From Hemiscyllium ocellatum (Eukaryota), in NCBI RefSeq assembly GCF_020745735.1, contig NC_083412.1, positions 67,484,320 to 67,548,319 of the forward strand: 64,000 nt of DNA, written 5' to 3'. The first letter of the stretch is position 1. Each line of letters starts with the position of its first letter. Positions 37,568-51,550 of this stretch are shown here, one piece after another. The notes under the pieces were generated by a model. The model made no database searches and was not told the DNA's origin. It saw only the letters and a list, made by a program, of their open reading frames with translations. Both the position numbers and the translations under genes were made by a program.

Positions 37568-39603
37568 TATAGTTTTGCATTATCACACTCAACACTGCAC
37601 CTTATTGACTTTCAAATTTGATGAGGCACATACTATGGTGATTATAACAAGATCAGCAAGGTGTATCTCAGAATATGAGTTCTCTGATTCAGGCTGTTAA
37701 TCCAGTCCAATCAGGGTGCCCTGGCTAACTGATAAGAACAGGAGTGTCAGGTATTCTGACACTCAGACCTTGCTTTGATAAAACTGGATCAGTCAAGGTC
37801 TCTCCATGTGCAAATAAAGGGTGACTTGGTGACGGGATACTCACCTCTGCACCTATTTCACGTACCATGTCTTCGTTTCATGTAAACTGCTGGCACATGG
37901 AGTCTGATGCTGATGTAGCACAGTGCCACACAGTAACAAACATCTCCCCTACCTGAGAATTGATTAACTCTATAGTGTTCTCCCATGACCAGCATTTGAA
38001 GAGCTGCAACCGCCAGGTAGCCACTCTGGTTTACATGTCAGGAACTTGTACCTTGTTTCCTGGACTTAGTAGCAGGCAGATTGCTGTCAATGCAGCAGCT
38101 GAGCAGCAGGGATGGAGACTCAGTATCTAATAGTTTGCAGTACAGCTATATCTAGATCATATCACGAGTAGGCTTTTCATTTACTTAATAGAAATGCGTG
38201 CATTTCCAAAGCAGGCAGCTCTCAATCCTGTCAATGAATGGTATTGGTGAGATTTTCATGCGATTACTGTCAAATGAGGAGATAACTGATATTAGCACCT
38301 TATATATTTTGACGTATAAAATTTCCAAAGAAAAAACTCAACTGATGACCAGTTTGAATAAAATGGGTATTCTGGATTTTGCAATACTTGTGTTTTTTTT
38401 TAAAATAGGCGATGCCACATTTGAAATTAGGAAATTATATACAAATGTCATATTTTTGTTTTGTCTTAAGTTATCAAAAACAATTCATCAGCAAGTTAAT
38501 ATTGAAATAACCAGAATCTTGCAGCTGATTTCCTGTGACAAAGCTTAGTCACACAGTCAAGCAGCTGAGTAATTTGTCAGAGACTGATTTGTATTGATTT
38601 TCAGTGGTTTTAATTTTATCAAGTGGATATTGTTACAGAATGGAAAATCTATTCTTAATGTTTAGAATTATATTTATGATATTGGGTGGCATCTAAATGG
38701 TGTTTTGATACTTTGCACATTTCAGCTAAAATACTACACGCTACATATGATCACCCATTCCAGTCCAACTGAAGCCTTCGAACGGTAAAGGTCTCATATG
38801 GAGTAAAATAATCTGTTGTTTTTCTTGTGAACTATCAATCTTAATCTTTACATGTTCACAACTCCCAATGATTTTTTTATGTTCAAGGCCAAATACTGGG
38901 AATGCATAATCAATTATCTGATTGGTCCATGTTTGTTTGAAGGCACAAAAAGTGGTCATTCTCTGTTCAAATTTGTGCCATCTCTACCGTACTGTTATTC
39001 AAGACGAGGCTGACTTCACCACTCTTTCCCCATGGCCTTACATAATCTTCTACTTTAGATATTTATTCAATATTGAGGAACGCTCTAACAATCGGCATTA
39101 AGAAATTCATCTAAATTTCTTTTAAAGCTGAATGATAAATTATCATTCTCAACTTTTGCCGATATTTAAAAACAAACCCGAATTTAACTTTTCAAGCGTC
39201 TCCTTTGAATCTCCGTTGTGCCTCTATATTCTGACTGAAACTGCTCTCGTTGTTCAAGTCTTGCTTCATTGCTATATTCAGTCTCTGACATCATTCTGGT
39301 GGTTCAATGTTGTATGCATTTATGTCTTTAACACTTCTACAATATAAGTGCTTACATAATATAGTAATAAAAGCACACTGCATGCTATGGCCTAATGAAT
39401 TCTTTAATTTCTATTTTATTATTTGGTGACCCTTTGACCAATGGCCCAATTTTTTAATGAGATAAAAGGCTACTATCCTCTTTTATGGCTTTACCCTCTG
39501 GCACTCACACTAGGGGAATTGTGCAATCGAGTCCCAAGGTCTATCTGATCATTCATTGAATGCATATCCGACACTTTCCTTCCAAAGTGTACTATCTTAT
39601 CTT

Positions 39604-39820
39604 TTTAAAAATCACACAACACAAGGTTGTCGTCCAACTGGTTTATTTAGAAGCACTAGCTTTTGGAGCACTGCTCCTTCATCAGGTTATTGATGGACCA
39701 TTTCACGAAGGAGCAGCGCTCTGAAAGCTAGTGCTCCCAAATAAATCAGTTGGACTATAACCTGGTATTGAGTGATTTTTAACTTTGTGCACCCCAGTCC
39801 AATACTGGCTCTTCCAAGTC
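39604..39820. mobile_element. Fold-back element of the GAAAGCTA hammerhead family
   Basis: Inverted arms of about 80 bp meeting at back-to-back decayed cores. Tail on the right arm only. Possible TSD tatctta. Confidence 0.85.
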
Positions 39821-40255
39821 ATATCTTACATATATCCACATGAGATGCATTTCCTATCTGCTTCCTCACTTTCTTAACCTGGTATACAGTTTTCCAGAGT
39901 CAAAAGGCGTTGATGCAAGTCAATCAAAATATTTTATTAATTGTAATTTTGAAATGTTGTATGGTAAGGGTATTATAGAACCAAAATCAGGTAAAATGGC
40001 TTCAAACATAGACCAGCCATGATTTGAATGACAAATGAAGGCATGAGTGGTCTATGTCTATTCCTACAAGTCTTTTTAACCTTCATCTCACTGTTCGCCA
40101 AACCCATTTTTATGATCCCAGTAAAAGTCAAGACTGTAGTCTCTACTTACAAATCCAAATCATTTATGCTCACTAAGAGTAAAAGTACACCCAGCACTGA
40201 TGAACCACACCTTTCCATTTACCTTAATTACTGATAATCAACCAATTGATTATCT

Positions 40256-40349
40256 AGGGTAAAAACAATGACTGCAGATGCTGGAAACCAGATTCTGGAT
40301 TAATGGTGTTGGAAGAGCACAGTAGTTCAGGCTGCATCCGAGGAGCAGT
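40256..40349 (-). mobile_element. Isolated PLE 3'-terminal fragment (subfamily of 35996-37567)
   Basis: Nearly identical to 35996-36070. 10-bp TSD attgattatc (40245-40254 / 40350-40359). Confidence 0.85.
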
Positions 40350-40634
40350 ATTGATTATCCATGCTGTGGATTTTGTCTTGCATCATTGGCCAACATTTTT
40401 TTTAACAAATCTCTTGTGAAATTCCTGATAACCTTTGGAACATCCATTTACACAGCATTATCTTTAATTCATAGTTCACCTCTTCAAATGTACTTAAGGA
40501 ATTTGTTCAACATTACTTACAGTTCACAAATATGCTTGAGCCACATTTTACTAATTTAAGCATCTCCAAATGCTGCTTAATTTTGCTTTGAATTATGGAT
40601 TCTAAGAGTTTTCCCAAATGTCTCTGTTTCTATT

Positions 40635-41405
40635 TCTGGTGATAGGCTGTCCACCGATATCAATTACAAATCCACTGATTCCCAGTTATCTTGACCACAC
40701 TTCCTCACACCCTGCCTCCCATAAGGGTTCCCATTCTAATCTCAAAGTTTGGCCACCTCCATCACATATATTCTGATGATGCCACCATTCAAGGGCTTGT
40801 TTACAAATCTTGCTTTTTCTTCAACCAATGATTCCCCGTGGTTGATAGTGCCCTAAGCTTGACTCACCCATTTCTCTCAATCCTGCCTTTACCCCTTCCC
40901 CTCCTCCACAGAACAATCAGGTTCACCTCGTCTTCACTTTCCATTTCTTCGTCATTTGCAATCCCTAAAGACTGTTCCCTCAAAGACAGCCTGTTTTATG
41001 CCTTAAATCACTCCCAACCCCTCTCCATCTCCTCATGGCACCTTCCTATGTAACTGCTGTAATGTTTGCTTTTACTATCTCCCTCCTCACGGTCTAAGAC
41101 CTCAAACAAACCAACTTGCGCTTCTTTCAACCTAGTCTATTTGTTGCTTACAATGCAATTTGCTCAACATTGCCAGCCCAAACACACAGTTTTGGTGACT
41201 GCTTTGCAGCACACCTCCGCTCTGTCCACAAGACTGAACCCAAGATATTTGCCATTTCAATATACCATCTTGCTGTCATGCTAACATTTCTGCTCAGGGT
41301 CTGCTACAGTGTTGCAATGAATCCCAAAACAAGCTGGAGGACCAGCATTTTTGTCTTATGCACATTACAGTCTTCAGGTCTTAACATGGAGTTCAATAAC
41401 ATCAG
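40635..41405 (+). mobile_element. Highly decayed PLE (RT C-terminus / GIY-YIG)
   Basis: Remnants of YKSTD...YLDHTSSHP, GDCFAAHLRSV and LQSSGLNMEFNN. Confidence 0.75.
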
Positions 41406-42070
41406 GAACAATGTCTTCCATTTGATTACATGCAACGCTACAAAGACATGGTAACATGTAATGTCGAGGCCAGGAGTAATGCACTCTGTGAAAAGGTGGA
41501 GTGTTTAGTTTTAAATGTAAAGTTGTCATAAAATATTCTCTTCCTCTTTATGAGAGAAAGTGCATTTAGTTTCTATCGAACTGATGAATGATGTGTTCTA
41601 TCTGGATAAATCATTGAATTCTTAAAGCCCACAGCAGCACATGTATGCAGCAAACTGGTTGGGAGTTTATGTGAAATTCAAATTCTGTTTATAAGTGATT
41701 ATGCAAACCATTGCACTAAAGTTGGAATGAGTAAGCCAGGGAATTTAGGTCCTTCTGACATTTTCAATTTTGTTTCACCATCCGGGTGAGTAAATGCGGA
41801 ACCAAGATGGAAATGTGCTACACAAACTGATTGCTAGACTGTGCCATGCTGCAAATGACTTAAAGACCCTTTGCAAAGGTGAGAAAATACAGCTGGATAT
41901 TCAGTCTTCATTGGTGCTAACTGGAAATGATGTGATTGAGGAGATGGCTGCAGCAATCCCCAATCCAATTCCTCAAATCCAGGGTCATTTGCAAACAATA
42001 GCAGCTGAAGGGGAGTACAGGTATTTGAACATTGCCATGCAGCAAAGTCACAGTATTATCCAAGAGAGGT

Positions 42071-42115
42071 TGGGGGAGGGGGGGGTTGGGGGAGGGGGGG
42101 GGGGGGGGGGGGGGA
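42071..42115. repeat. Poly-G tract
   Basis: About 40 nt of nearly pure G. Shorter G runs at 32785-32799 and 63283-63295. Confidence 0.9.
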
Positions 42116-42444
42116 GAACCTAGAGATTGATTAATGAGAGTAGAAGGAAGAGAACTGTTGTCACTAAGTATTGAACCTATGGGCACATTATTTCACAGAA
42201 TGTACAAGAACATAAAACCAGTCGTCATGTTCAAAAGCACCAGGAAATGTCAGGTGCGTACAGTTTATCACTTAGAGTAAACGGAACGTTTTTTGTTGGT
42301 TTGAAGACAAGGTGACTCCCATGTTTCAAACAAGAGAAAATTTAATCGGTCTTTGGATCTGTAAACTGCATAAGTAAATGTGAGTCTACTAAAGATATAG
42401 ATGATGTCTGACAGGAAATGAAAAGGCAAAAGGACTAAAAGATG

Positions 42445-42910
42445 TGGATCAGCCTTGTCTCCATTGGTAGTAGTCTCATCTCTGCTGCGCAGACAGCGTT
42501 GATGATGAGCTGCATCTTTTGATTTTTTTTCTTATTCTTAAAACTATTCAAAATGGTGCCAACTCATAGGGGCGGAAGAAGAACTTTTCACTGCATTTTA
42601 CTGTTTTTCTCACTGTAAAATACACATATCAATAAAAGAATTTATTCAAAACTGTGGATTCAAATGTCAATCCAGGAACTGAGCAGAAGAACTCTAAGGC
42701 ACTACTGAGGAAGCTTCTTTCAGATGAGATGTTAACTTGAGGCCCAATCTACATTGTCAAGTTGAGACAAGGTATTCCATGGGATTATTTTGAAAAGCCT
42801 GGCAAGTTATCCCTGATGCTCCAGTCAACATTTGTCCCTCAGTAAAACATCACAAAAACAAATTATTTGGTCTTTATCACATAGCTGTTTGAGACACTAT
42901 CTGCAAATTT
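42445..42910 (+). mobile_element. Deu-domain SINE (SacSINE1/AmnSINE1-like), interrupted at about 42485-42650
   Basis: ctttcagatgagatgttaacttgaggccc...ccatgggattattttgaa...ccagtcaacatttgtccctca...ggtctttatcacatagctgtttg resembles the Deu central domain. Confidence 0.65.
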
Positions 42911-45667
42911 ATGATCCTAGCTGATGCTGATACTGGACAAGTCAGTTCCCAGACTGAAATCTGGCTTGATGGATTATTAAACAAAACCCCAACAAAAAAA
43001 AAATTAAGTGTCTTTCACTGTAACACAAGTATAAAATGCTACAGATTTGGTTTTAGCAATGACAAAAATGTTTATTATGCAAAAGACACAACAAATAGAA
43101 TTGATCACGCTACTTATGAAACACCATAAAAATGCAATACAATTTATCCCTACACCATCACTTTACAGTACTCCAGTACCAAAGAGAATTACCTCTTTTA
43201 TCCTAACTATAAAATGGACTTTAAAAGCTTCTTTTAATTTCCCGTCATAAGAGTCTGATAGCCTCTGATGTGCAACTAATCAAGAAGGAAGCTAAGTTTT
43301 CTCAGTTCCCCTTCAGGGTTCTAACCAAATACTTGTGGTCTGGAATTTCAAACGAAAACCCATGCACTGAGGTAACCTATTTGCTAGCAGTTCTGAACTC
43401 TCACTTTTCTTGAGGAAGAACCGTTTCCTTATATTTGATGCCAAGCATGGCGCCTGCAAATTGAAACCGAAAGTTTTCTAAGCTAAGCAAAAATGATCAA
43501 TTCCTGATTCTTATAAACTGAAAGCAAGCTAATAGATTTTAACATCTGTTGGGTCCAATCATAACACTCAAACAAATTTCCATCATATCTCATCCTGATT
43601 TTTAAGAATTCATAGCACCAGAAATACTGACAAATTAATAATTAAACCCCTTTACACACACAAACTAAACCAACATTCCACTTGTTCGCCATCGTACTTT
43701 AAAAAAATACTCATAGCTTACTTCACACAGGGACAAACTAGATGTCATATTTCCCACATTTTAACATACTTAAAAAGTATGTTATCTTTTAAGTGCTTTA
43801 AGACTTCCCACGATCGAGAAAAATGCATACGAATGCATATATTTCTTTCACGTGAAATCACCGAGATGGTGACAAGTCCCCATATGTCAACAAACCAACT
43901 CTACTGCACTCCCTTCTGAAAAGTAGAATGAGAGATGTACCCAATATTTCTCTCTACTTACGCCAGGGTTTATGCCACACAGGTATCAAATGCACAACAG
44001 AAGGATGCAATGCTGGGCTGAATTTTATGGCGGCAGTGGAAGGATATACTCCTTTCTCCGATCCCATGAGCAGAAGATCAGTTAGTCTCAAACAATCTGA
44101 CTTTCAACAAGATTGCCCCAGAAGCATAATTTGCTCTTGGCCCTAGAAGGGCTGAGCATCCAAATTCCATCTTTGAATACAGAAAGATCCCAGCCTCAAG
44201 AGTTACCAGTCAATCTGACTGGCAGCTCTAGCAGCTCTGAATTCAGCAGCGGGAACTCGTTAGAATGCATGGTGGCCCATGGAAATCAGGAATCAAATCA
44301 CCGTATCAAGGACATCCTGTGTGTTTTGCATACAGCTCTACCTTCTTGTTAGATTTAGGAAAGAGACAAGAGAGTAGGGAGGAGGCTATGGTCATCGGAA
44401 GGAAAATGATGGAAGGGGGTGTGGTAATGTCATGAGGGATGCCAATGCGCAGTCCCCTCCTCTTCTCCATATTAGGTTAAGACAAAAGCTTTTAATTTAA
44501 ACTCGTCTGCCAATGCCAATTGTATTATGGCATTATCAGGTCAACTGGCTTATTAACAATCTCAACAGCTCATTAATTATTTATTTGAGAACAGGCAGAC
44601 TTTGATTTTGACATTCCACCATGTGTGAGGACTGATTTGTAGTGAACTGGAACACAGTGGGCTGTCCACCTGAATATTTTACATGATACCCCCACTGGAA
44701 GCACACCCAGTGGTGGTCATGAAGTCCAACCCACTGTTCCTGTAAGGAATATTGTGTTGAGCTAATTTATTGTAGGAAGCCCACAACAGGAGTTGCATTT
44801 TTCATGTACCATCTAACTTGGCATCTGTTTTGATCTGCGAAGTATGAGGGAGATGTAGCATTAAAACTGCTACATAAATACAAATTTTTGATTGCATATC
44901 TTTGCTAATTTGAAGAGTTTACATTGATCTCTGACAGTGGCAAATCAGTAAAATGTGAAAAGGTACTTTGATAACAATTACAAACTGCTACGTGAACAAC
45001 ATGCTTTAACATCGACATGTGCTTGCAGTTCAGTTAAGCATCATTTGCTGTTCTGACATGCAATTACAAAAATAAAGGGCAACACCTAGAATTCCAAAAA
45101 TAGCCAGAGTTAGGAACGCACCACCTGGGAAGGAGCTATGATCACTGTGTCTTATTCTATAAGCTGACAAGGGTGAAAGGCATGTGAATAAAATACTCAG
45201 TTTTTTCCAAATTAAACTCCTAAAAACTGAAAGAAAAAAATTCACATAAGGAAGGTTAAAATTAACATGGTAATGCAATGCATGTTTACTGAAACCATAC
45301 GATACACAGGCAAATCCAATTATTTACGTGTCTAATCATGCAGAGCTAAGTGCTGTACAAATTTTGCTGGAGGTAGATCCTGCTCAATTCTTTTTTTCCC
45401 TCCACGTCTCAGTGATGGGACTGCATGATTTGGCTAGCAGCATTTCGTCAAAATGATGCCCATTTAAGGCAAACCAATCTATCCGGCAGGAGTTTACTGT
45501 TATAATCAGAGCAGCTTTGATCTTTTGTTTATCTCTTCCTTCATGGATTGTGGACATCTGTGACTAAGGCAACATTTATTGTCCTTCCCAACTGTCCTTG
45601 AGAAGGCAGAGGGGAGCTTGCATCGTGAATGACTGCAGTCCATTTGCTATCAAGGGAAAGAGTAGGT

Positions 45668-46300
45668 CACAGAGTCATATAGCACGGAAACAGACCCTTT
45701 GGGCCAATTCGTCCATACCGACTACGTTTCCCAGACTAAACTAGTCCCACTTGCCTGCATTTGGCTCTCAGTCCCTCATTCATAATCTTGTACCTATCCA
45801 AATGTCTTTTAAATCTTGTCACTGTAACTGCATCTATTACTTTCTCTAGTAGTTTATTCCACATACAACCCACTCAGGTCCCTTTGAAATCTTTACCCTC
45901 TCACCTTAAAAGTATGCCCCTTTGTTTTGAACTCCCCCACTCTCGGGAAAGACCTTTCCTATTCACCTTATCCATGCCCTTCATGATTTTATAAATCTTG
46001 ATAAGGTCACCCTTCAATCTCCTACACTCCAGTGGAAAAAGGTCCCAGCTTACCCATCCTCCAGTCACACCAACATCCTGGTAAATTTTTTCTGAACCCT
46101 CTTCAATTTAATAATATCCTTCCTATAATAGGATGACCAGAACTGTACACTATTCCAAAGTAGCTTCACCAACATCCTGTACAATCTCAACAATTCCTAT
46201 ACTCAACGGTCTGAGCAATGAAGGCAAGCATGCTAAATGCCTTCTTAACCATCATGTCTACCTGTGACACAACCTTCACAGAACTATGTACCTGAATCCC
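45668..46300 (-). mobile_element. CR1 (HER1-like) LINE 3' fragment
   Basis: Homologous to 3100-3775 (acagacccttt...ataaggtcaccc...gaccagaactg). Confidence 0.8.
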
Positions 46301-47259
46301 TAATCAACACTAAGCATGGCCTTACCTTACCAGAAAGGTTATGAGCCTACTGAGCCAGAGCACTGTCACAAAGTTAAGATTAGAACAGAATAGAACATAA
46401 AGGCACATGATACCAGGACATAGATAAGTTCATCCTGCTAGCTTGCTGGCTTCACCTGGCTAATTGCAATGGTTTACGGTTTGTACATGTTACTGATATT
46501 TCCTTCTGATTTATTCATCTTGTAGCTAGGACAGCTGCATGCTGAGGCAACAGACCACTTTAGCTGGGAGTTAAGGAGCAAAATATACTGGAAGGATGCA
46601 ATCCTGGCATGCATGGCTAAAAGTGCTTGAGGATAGAGTCAGAGCAAGATCATGATAAGAACACAGATGTCTACTTTGATGAAATGCAGGAGGAACGAGC
46701 TGATGGATGGTCGTGAAAACACAGATTATGTTTTTGAGGTTATTCTGAATGGTGCATCAGGCAGAGTTTTAGATGAGTCAGAGTTGATGTAGTTTGAGAT
46801 TGTGAAGTTTGTAGTAGTGTCTTGGCACACTGAACATGTTAATGGTGTTCACACTGGAGAGTGTGTTCTTACAGGAGAACATTTCTGTTGTGGCTCTACA
46901 AGATCTTTTTGGTTCCTCGTGAAATTTGAAGATATCTGACACTGGACACTGGGTAAGTGAGCAGCTTGAGAAAGGAAACAATGGCTGTGTGCTTCTGAAG
47001 CTTTTAGCAACAAAAAAAGGAAACTTTGTTATCTTAATTGAGTTGAAATTTCTCCTGCAAAAATGTCAGTCAGTGTAGTGAGACTGGAAATAGCAGTGGA
47101 CAGGTATTCTGGATTTGGTCAGAATAGCTATCACATAGGAGGGAACAAGGGATAGGGTAAGTCGAAGGTGAAGCTATTGCAAGAGATGTCCAGACTCAAT
47201 GATTAGAAAGTACCTTATATGAGAATAATGGCACTGAAGTCAAATTTTTGGCAATTTTT

Positions 47260-47540
47260 CGGACAGCATGGTGGCTCAGTGGCTAGTACTGCTACATCCC
47301 AGCACCAAGGAACCGGGTCTGTGTGGAGTTTGCATGTTCTTCTCTTGCTTGCATGGGTTTCCTCCAAGTGCTCCAGTTTCCTCCCATAGTCCAAGCACGT
47401 GCTGGTTAGGTGGATTGGCCATAGGAAATACAGAGTTATAGGGATTGGGTAGAGGGGGATGGGTGTGGTTGGGATGGCCTTCAGAGGGTCGGTATGGATT
47501 GAGGCGTCAAATGGCCTGCTTATACTTTGTAGGGATTCTA
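47260..47540 (+). mobile_element. HE1-type V-SINE
   Basis: tRNA-like head (ggtggctcagtggctagtactgct), V domain (ctgtgtggagtttgcatgttct...gggtttcctcc...ttcctccca) and tail ending gtagggattcta. Confidence 0.85.
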
Positions 47541-48054
47541 ATTGTGTGTAAATGTTCTCTTGAAAAGGGTTAATGTTGCTTAATGTTGCCTTGAGAGAGA
47601 CAGTCAGAAAACCAGCCAGCCAGAGACTGACAGACACAAAAAGAGAGATAGAGAGAAACATATTCACAATGTTTTATTTACCCCTGAAGTGTGTTCTGGC
47701 CAAAAGTAGGTCATTGGTTCTTTGCCAGCAATCCTTCCCCATGAACTGTTTTCTTAGCAGTTTTTGTCATTGCTGCTGTGCCATTGCCGTCCATTCTCAG
47801 GGCAGTGCAAGGAGTCAGTTGCCAAGGCTACTTCAGCTGGAACGTCAATCAGACTGTTGATGTTACTCTGAACTGTATGCTAATCACCTGGACAACTAAG
47901 CTGAGCAGCCCCAGATGAAGCTTTCAATAAATGAATTTCCAATTACTATGAATTTCAACTAGAAGAATTTGGAACACTGGAACATTCCTTGGTATTCAGG
48001 ATGTCTCCACAGTCATCCATCTCAGTCCTCCTTTAAATTTTGGAAGCACTTCAT

Positions 48055-48588
48055 TAAATGGCATGTGTACATCCCAATAGATGAGATTTGTGAATAACAT
48101 TATGACAGTAACAAGGGCATTACTGCTAGCAGAGTCAAGGAAACATTGACATCATACAGATATTGCTCAATTTCCAATTCAATTCAGCATGAAGCTGATG
48201 ACTAAATCATGCTGGGATGTTTGCTAGTTGTCGAAAATCAGATATTTAAAAGATATGGTGGAAGATCACAAAACTGCTTCTACATTTCCTAGTGCAGCTT
48301 TGAAAATATTCATAAAACCCATCTTTTCAGCCAAGTCACACACCCCTAATATCTCATTGTTGAAGACTACTGTTTCAATTGATTTTTTGAAGATATCCCC
48401 CCAGCCACCTAAAGAGGTTTGAGGTGTTTCTGACATTACAAACAATGCAAGTGCAAACTGCTATTGATGTGCTAAAGGGATAGGAGGCCCTAGATATTTA
48501 ACTACAATGATGATAAATGGGACACATACGTCCCAATGGATGGGATTTGTGAATAACATTACTACAGTAACAAGGACACTACCGCTAG
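48055..48588 (+). repeat. Two imperfect 75-bp direct repeats (48055-48129, 48514-48588)
   Basis: tcccaatRgatgRgatttgtgaataacatta..acagtaacaagg.ca.tac.gctag occurs twice, 459 bp apart. Confidence 0.85.
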
Positions 48589-51307
48589 ATATTCAGCCAC
48601 AGTGATGCTAACTTCTTAGTCAAACTTATCAAAAGGAATTTAAAACCAAATTTCCTGCATAACTCACTTCCCTGATATACCAAATCTTCAAAAAAAGTGT
48701 AATCTCAGTCAACAATAAAAACAAAGGAAAGTGGGTTGCTCATTTCTGTGATGGTGCCTTGGAAACCTTTTTGTTTGTACCTACTGCTTTTCAGAGGCTG
48801 CTAGTTAGCTCATGTGATTGGACGACTAGTGTGGTTCAGAATAACAGCAACCTACATCATGTGTTCAGTTCCTCTTCCAGTTGTGAGAAACTTGGGACCT
48901 TCCTTCTTGCCTAACCCAAGAGTGGAAGACAATGGAAGTTCACTATTGACAAAAAAAAATGCTGCCAAGGAAAACAGTGCCTGATGAGGCATTCACAGAC
49001 AAGCCAAAGGCCCGTATGACAGAAAAGCTTACATATCATGCTACTATCCTACATTATTATACAGAATGAGGTGTGCTGTTACAAAGGCCATTCCAGCTGC
49101 TTAGTTCTTATGAATACATTGAAAGGAACAAACAAAATCTCAGATGCACTGAGACAGACAGCACTTTAAACAGTGATGGATGTTTCAGTAATCAGAATGG
49201 AAAAGAAAACAAAAAAAAATTCAGCATCAAATACCAAAACATTTAGTTATAACATAATCAAATGGATTTGCATGCTAATACACCCGCGTTTTTGGATGCA
49301 GCCTAGACCAGCGCATTTTGATGTAAGTACACTAAACTCAAGCTATCTGCTTTGTTGCTTGGGGTTGGGGGTGTTGTAAATAACCTGAGAGGGTTTCAGC
49401 AGATATATCTGAGAGTTTGCACAATAACTGAGTTTTTTTTCCGCATTTGGACGCAGTGGCATAAATCAGTTGCAAGTGATTTCTCACACAAAGAGACTCG
49501 ACTTTGCCCTAATAATGACGAATGGTTTCTGGAAATTCTTGGCCAATAAATGAGATGTACATCAGAAATGAAGCTACAAGTTTTACTTCTACATTCTCAA
49601 GCAACATGCTCTACCATTGTAGAGATTTTTCATATAGTCCATTACATTTTCAAAAAAAAGAGATTCATTTTTAAAACATAATGAACAGGGACTTGACTAT
49701 TTTTCTTTAAAAAGAAAACTGTGTCATCGCTAAATATTAATTCTGAGTATTGCAACACTTTTTCCAACTAACAACGACAGGAAGGATGTTCTTTCAGTTT
49801 CTAACAGTATTACAAAATCAAAGGAAGTGAGAGGACCACTGGGCTTCTTAACCCTTGCCCACCAGATAAGACAAGAACATAAATAATATTAATGACAATT
49901 CATAGCTGGACAGGACAGTGGCATATGAAAGACATTCTGAATCCTTTGGAACTACATTTTGATCAAGAATCTTATTATTTGGTCTTTTCTTGAAAAATCA
50001 ATGTAGAACATAAAATAACTCTCTCAACTGGATAGTGTAAAAAAGCTTGAAGTTAGTGTATTCTGTTAATCTATGATTAACAGCTGAACCCTGAAAACCA
50101 TATTTAATATTTATCTATATGCTGCACTGGAATCGTTCAACTAAACACCCTAATTTCATTCCCGGAATTAGTATCTTACCCCCGTTTACAAATTTCCTTC
50201 AACACCATTGAAGTTCAATATTCTATTATTGTTTCAACTAATTACCAATTTATGCATTTCATGTAACCACACAGGTTCCTGTTCTGTTCCAGGTCTTAGT
50301 CTCTGATGATAATAAATCCATTACAGGGGCACAGTCTTTAGGTACCTTCTTCCAAGGCACCATTCTTTATATTTGAGTAACAACAGGATGTCAGAGAAGG
50401 GTGTAGAGGTCAATACACTCCCAATAAATATTCACACAACCACATTCAACAGGGTTACTGGATAATGATCAGGAGTGGCAGCAGATATTATGCTCACTTG
50501 AGAAAATACAAACAGCTCAAATAAAGTCAGATTATCATTTGGAAGGGAGGAGAAATAAGTAGAAGCAAGGTTTTGTAATTTATTTTGATGGTGAAAGGCA
50601 ATCAAAGGATGTCATGCTAATAAGATATGCCAGTTTGAAAGTTTTAGCATGCAATTTTGCTTCTAACTGCTGATTATTCTAACTTGCCAGGAGGTGCTAA
50701 GACAGAGGCACCTGCTGTGTTAGCATTTAAACATTCTGATGGTGTGATTACATGTGAAATTGTCCATAATTGTCCAAACATTCTAGGCCACCTTGAGACA
50801 TATGTCTGCAATGTAGGTTCACATTTTATTTTAATTTGACATTTTCAAACAAGATGCTACAACAAAATATAGTGTCGTCCATTGCATTCTTAACGCATGA
50901 TCTGTGATCATAACTAATCTGATTTTAACTTCAACTGCACACTCCTGCATACACTAGATAGCTATCGTCCACTTGGTCATCAAGATTCTAATCCAACCTC
51001 AAAAAATATTTAAAGCATTTGTTTTCAATGCCCTTTGCGAAAGCCAATTCCAAAGATTCTCAGTTTTGTTTTTCTATTTGAAATAGATACCCTCTTGTTT
51101 TTAAATGTTGACCTCTAATTCTCCCTTGACTTGATTGAGGCCTGCTGACAACTATGAGTCGACACAATGTGACGCTGGAAAAACCACAACAGCTCAGGCA
51201 GCAACTGACACAGTTTGCACTAAATGGAACAGCAACAGAGCAGCACTGAGAGCCTGGAACCTGTATCTGAGGAAGAAAGGCATAAAAAGACAAGGCAAGG
51301 GCTTGGG

Positions 51308-51550
51308 CAGGGCAGCATCAGTAGCTATGGTTAGCACTGCTGCCTCACAGTGCCTGGGACACTGGTTCAATTCCAGAAATTCTCTGTGTCTGTGTGGGTT
51401 TCCTCTGAGTGCTCTTGTTTCCTCCCACTGTCCAAAGATGGGCAAGTCAGGTGGATGCAAGCCATGGGAAATGCAGGGTTACAGGGATAGGGTGGGTCAG
51501 TGTGTGCTCAATTGGCTGAATTGCCTGTTTCCACACTGTAGGGCTTCTTA
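51308..51550 (+). mobile_element. HE1-type V-SINE (decayed)
   Basis: tggttagcactgctgcctcacagtgcc...gtgggtttcctctgagtgctc...ttcctcccac...cctgtttccacactgtaggg. Confidence 0.8.

Noticed and set aside
38198-38548. 116-aa AT-rich ORF and other 60-150 aa ORFs in unique DNA
   Set aside because: No recognisable domains, splice context or codon structure; expected by chance.
46400-47000. Possible decayed Harbinger-type transposase traces (also 51550-52150, 60500-60950)
   Set aside because: Only vague motif resemblance; cannot be supported without a profile search.
47260-47320. tRNA-like A/B box sequence (also 51310-51375)
   Set aside because: These are SINE heads, not tRNA genes; no complete cloverleaf.
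47560-47667. Hydrophobic MFLSISLFVSVSLWLAGFLTV as a candidate signal-peptide exon 1
   Set aside because: Derived from CT-rich low-complexity sequence, has no good phase-1 GT donor and runs into an HE1 SINE.
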